Below, piece after piece: positions 60,701 through 64,000 of a stretch of DNA of 64,000 nucleotides (within the stretch, counting starts at the first letter, position 1; every line of letters starts with the position of its first letter). A program made the position numbers and the translations under genes. Below the pieces are notes generated by a model. The model was given only the letters and a program-made list of their open reading frames with translations, searched no databases and was not told where the DNA came from. The DNA comes from Botryllus schlosseri (Eukaryota): the NCBI GenBank assembly GCA_051294905.1, contig CM119384.1, positions 11,966,001 to 12,030,000 of the forward strand. The letters are read 5' to 3'.

Positions 60701-60777
60701 GGGAAGGCCGTCATTTTTCGGCGGTTCTCGAAAAGTTTTCCGATATCTTGAACCTGGAAGATGCGTCGCGGGGATGA
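57760..60777 (+). CDS. EXD3: Exonuclease mut-7 homologue (EXD3/Nibbler), 1005 aa, single coding exon
   Basis: N-terminal helical region (ERLKEATSLAFKLGLQ...MLVQNKLNLVEDYL); DEDDy exonuclease motifs GIDCEW, GIREDL, SDWGRRPLRQSQIIYAALDAY intact; Mut7-C (CDNMLEGLGRQLRSCG, FSRCQVCN...FYCCVDCGKVYWEGRH). Confidence 0.97.
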   Translation: MESDMLNVLEVHKEATSSFRTGDSLRVSSIVKSLCRDTEPAHTLDYFMQFFMQCGDLKSNKCLAAVAAKELSKWHSSQNQEYHVSEETKRALMDIIMPAHSSIASVIVEVYKMNKAPNDFLKPYVENLISRERLKEATSLAFKLGLQEHFSLYDLAMPMLVQNKLNLVEDYLAGCKSQQLEMISVLDTFLQPNFDIIEFLKEKNIFQVQMEILQIKFFPKLLTRWVKLYCGIEDIFSEEAQKICPNLRVHKSVSNLKYLLYRHYVEEKSTVEVTQELIIKAVSGDKYLQQQLIDMLVSVYRDMESADQWAKFYDVQHNEVDEHRSNVKKAAVSVEEDDWESEPNLMFNSENPVRELNDWYELNLPLDKISIVGTREEVISMKTEIFNSEVIGIDCEWVPDFARSTDSSLALMQIATFSRVFLVDIHCISRSLVDANVFCDVLSEIFMAGGILKIGYGIREDLKKLSGTFPVLTKIVANPNRVIDLFTSVQALERHHPDILDVKNDNSDQGADNVPCARKETGLSKLTHQCLGKPLNKAEQMSDWGRRPLRQSQIIYAALDAYVLLELYNSIHGKMKLADIDDSLETIVKARPVRKKREKPSKVSVGQGATHEPCVPPRQQITPHQFKVVCDNMLEGLGRQLRSCGADVKILTASNSHESAAEIANKDGRIILTSGAPYQYLSSQVPVGNCMNVASGLKAKAQAAAVLERYNVKVTPQDIFSRCQVCNGYRYLKVGPDLMKRCIAKKRKTSNVWQPVRSSGLISLQHFNANERDNVRRSFGRGRSMKVKNVGNPSVANFIGIGRGRAMRAPPKNGHDFGHSSKKPAKILVHSDDDIDDILVTDKSSPSGASEDLIFVPISSQLPKEPDSMRHDPSQTDDMCGIPDENDQGYSRRSEIFGSKIAEASARKDSSMPYIINPDCICTEGFVDVASVSIVSSNDVSGKSSSTDPLVTPLLCEQVPPPVLGNVKVFYCCVDCGKVYWEGRHFSAVLEKFSDILNLEDASRG

Positions 60778-61237
60778 GTTTACATTTTGTCAACGCGATG
60801 TTGGTTTTAAGATGGGTGTCTCTATGTCGAAGCTGACACCCATAGCGTGTTTTTATTCCTTGGTGGAGTAAGTATTTGCTGGGTCCCAGGGACAAATGAT
60901 ACTTTCCAACCCATTTTTACGGAACTGCTACATGTTGTTTGTCAAATTTATGCAATCAACGTTACTTTATACCTGCTATGATCAATTTTCACTCAAAAAC
61001 CGCGTTTCCTGTCTGTTGGGCATTCGAAAGATATATGCTGCTGTGAAATGTCAATACCGGCAATGCAATGTTGGTTTGTAAATGCCAACTTCTAACAGTC
61101 ATGTTTGATATCTGCTTGCAGTTGGACATAAAGTGTTGCAGCTTTCCTGCATTGCAGTATTGCGATGACTTACGATTCTTTCCTTTATGATTGTGACGGG
61201 GCTACAACAGTGACTTCTGTTCAAGAGCACACTAAAG

Positions 61238-63031
61238 CGGGGTTGTCAAACATACGGCCCGCGAAGCAATTCTGAGTAAATAAAATAATATTTGTATTAT
61301 TCAGCACATTTCTATTGGAATTTTAGAATTTTTACAAGAAATACTTTCAAGAAAATAATCCCTCAAGCTCAAGACCATAGGCGCCGAGTTGGGGGGTTAC
61401 GGGATGGCGCGGCCACCCCGTCACTATGTATGCGGGGTGGCGGCCACCACGTAAAAAATGCTCAAACGCCCCAATAAATTGTAATCCGTGAATAGTAACT
61501 AGATAACCGGCACGACCTCGTTTGAGATGTCGATTTCGACACACCTGCGCTGGAAAACATCATCTCCTCTCCCCTCCACGTTCTCCTTCTCTAAATGAAA
61601 GTCTATTTGCGGCCGTATTCATTCACAAAACCATTCTCATTTAGTTAAGTGATAGTCTTTTTAATCGGAGCGCGAAATTGGGCGGTTTGTTAGTGTATGC
61701 CTGTGTGTTCCTGCGCATATTCCTTACTCTAACAAAGCTTTGCCCATATTAATTGGGAAATGCAACTCAATGTGCAAACAATTTACGCGATGCCAGACTC
61801 GTAACCTCATTGCGCTTGACGCAAGTTACGAATAACTGATTAGATGTGCGCTTTCTCGCTTGTAACCATCTGTACTAATTTCTTTCTTGTCTGCTTTATA
61901 CACTCATATTCCCGCAATGTCACTTGTCAGTGTTCGGTTCATTATTAATACGGCGCAGTGCACGGCGTTGAATTACGTTGTCAAATAATGATGCAACATG
62001 AGATTCTCGGTGGCAGAAATTCTGAATTTATTTGATTAGTTTGAACGGCAACCTCCTATGTTCCAATATACTTGAATGCTGGAAGGACTCTATTGAGTCC
62101 AACAATATCGCGGATCATATTTCAACACAATTTCAAACCCCTCCCTTTTTTGGCTGGCCACCCCGTGTAAAGATAAAAGTCAGAGCCTATGCTCAAGACA
62201 CCAAATGTCAAACAATGGCGTGTTTTCATTCTTGTCACTATTAGCAACAAATGCTGGTAATATTTTGGCGTCATTTGATTGGTCCTACCCGCAAACGATC
62301 AAAAGGTTACAATTTGGCACACAGCCCCAATCAAGTTGACACGCTGTTGTTTGCTTTACGATCATTGCTCAGTGTAAAGAAATCTAAGATCTGTCATCGG
62401 ACGTCTTCTCAAAATGTGCAATCTCGCCGGTACTGCGGGAAGGATAATTTCATTTGTAAGATGCAATTGCCAAATATTTGCAGCTAGGTCTGGGCAAGAT
62501 CAAGTGACCGACCGATATTATTCATATTTCAGTGCAATTCATGGTCACATCACACATGGATATAGGACTGCAGCAGTTCATTATTTACGCTGCTGTTCTC
62601 AAAAAGTGGAAATAAATCTTTAGTCACCACAATGGAAATTCCCACTATGGCAGGGCCTGGCAGATCTTGAGCGGCCGTGGGTCTACATAGATTTGTGAGC
62701 AAACATTTTCGACCACAAGACAAAGCTGTGTTCCAATCTAACTGACGTTCACGTGCATTTTAATAAGGGTTTGCACGTCCGACATGCAGCCAGAGTTCTA
62801 AGAAATTGTTGACAACTTTGATCGACCACAGATGTCTCATTGACTTCAACAGCTATTGAAGAACATTATGTTAATAAATGCATTAAATACTGTCTTTGGT
62901 CTGTATGCTTTAAAGTTGAAGTCTACATTAAGTATGATTTATGGATAAATACGCGATTCATGTATCGGTTGCCACCAAGTACCTAATTTTGCCATATCCG
63001 GCCCGCCGATGGGAAAAGTTGCCCGCCCCTG
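61238..63031. mobile_element. Possible degenerate Charlie-like hAT element
   Basis: Left CGGGGTTGTCAAACATACGGCCCGCG and right GGCCCGCC...TTGCCCGCCCCTG resemble Charlie ends; TSD poor. Confidence 0.4.
61376..62191. mobile_element. Non-autonomous hAT (816 bp)
   Basis: Imperfect TIR CATAGGC...GCCTATG; perfect TSD CTCAAGAC (61368-61375, 62192-62199). Confidence 0.88.
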
Positions 63032-63512
63032 TACTACGATTAGCTGACTTTATGTTGTTTTGCAATTCGATATTTCCATTACGAACAACTTGTATGTCAT
63101 TTTCCTACTGCCTGACATTGCAATGTCCGTGACTCGATGATATTATGTGAACTAGTTGAAATTTCATGTTCCTTATTTCCAGACGGCTTTCTTTGTTTTC
63201 GTGACTGTTCCGTTTTGGAAAGCAAGCTGGCGGCCGGCCCCATTCCCAATATTGCTACAATGGCTCAGCCCCATTTCGTTATTGATTTCCTGTGAACGAT
63301 TTGTATTTTAAACCCTATGCGATGGGACAGATTAATACTGGTGTCAAATCTTGCTGTACCAAAAGGAACTTGTATGTATAACGTGTTATTATTGATTGCA
63401 GTAACTGCTTCCTGTGCAAGTTCCTGCTGGCTCCAATAGTCACTGTGCTTTCGTTTGCAGCATAAGAGCAGTTCTGTAATGTGATAGGATATCTGCCGAC
63501 TCATACACTGTG

Positions 63513-63599
63513 ATGCATTTGAGTCGATGGATTAGTGTCTGCGTTTTCTTCTTCTTGCTCACTGTGATCAACGGAAATGGTAGCAGTCAACGTTCCAAC
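63513..63599 (+). CDS. Candidate first exon of a secreted or membrane protein
   Basis: MHLSRWISVCVFFFLLTVINGNGSSQRSN followed by a gtgagt donor; possible next exon from 63886. Confidence 0.3.
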
Positions 63600-64000
63600 G
63601 TGAGTTACTGGTAATCTTTATACGTTCTTTTAATTGGTACCGGTAATATATCTTACACACAATTGCTAAAAAATGGTGCAATTAATGAAATTGACGGTAA
63701 GCTGGAAATGCTGTTATGAAAGATTATGGCTGTAAGTTTTTGTTTGTAACATTGTAATAATAAGATATTTTCCATAATTCTTTGCAGTATCTAATGTCAT
63801 GTGGTGAATGCTTACGATAGTTAATCGCAGCCTTTTCAACCCCAGTTGCACACCAAAATATTAATAATATAATAATAATCTTCAGATGCCGGGTCACATT
63901 GCCATGGAAAGCTACCTCGGTCACTCGGACAGACTGCTTTATGTTGAAAGACTGTGGTCCATCAAAGATCCCATCGAACCTGCTGGGGGTATGTTGATAA

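Overview
This is eukaryotic (animal) genomic DNA, AT-rich and intron-dense, with many 50-70 nt introns. It is consistent with a marine invertebrate chordate such as an ascidian, though that assignment is inference only. The supplied ORF track uses bacterial-style starts and mostly reports exon fragments or noise. I can support three host genes. (1) A fibrocystin-L (PKHD1L1) orthologue on + occupies 97-46934. Its 5' part is outside the window, and I count roughly 80 exons by hand, running through the PA14 end, IPT/TIG repeats, G8, PbH1, second G8, second PbH1, TM helix and a cytoplasmic tail. (2) An MSL2 RING E3 ligase gene lies on - (ATG at 49582). (3) A single-exon EXD3/mut-7/Nibbler 3'-5' exonuclease lies on + (57760-60777). 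Introns and intergenic DNA hold at least a dozen transposon insertions, many with intact target-site duplications (TSDs): several hAT families, a pogo-like MITE, a Kolobok-like fold-back, and CR1/L2-group LINE fragments. The most striking structure is a 3.9-kb Foldback/Mutator-like element (49959-53889). It has a perfect 9-bp TSD and ~550-bp inverted arms built from 9-nt satellites, and it sits between the divergent MSL2 and EXD3 5' ends. Other leads: the intronless EXD3 carries a ~245-aa insert with two GRGR motifs inside its zinc ribbon; fibrocystin-L has an extra furin-type site and a ~70-aa tail; MSL2 has no recognisable CXC domain; and there are three GC-AG introns. I found no rRNA, tRNA or CRISPR. 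Comparisons to human proteins are from memory, not from a search.
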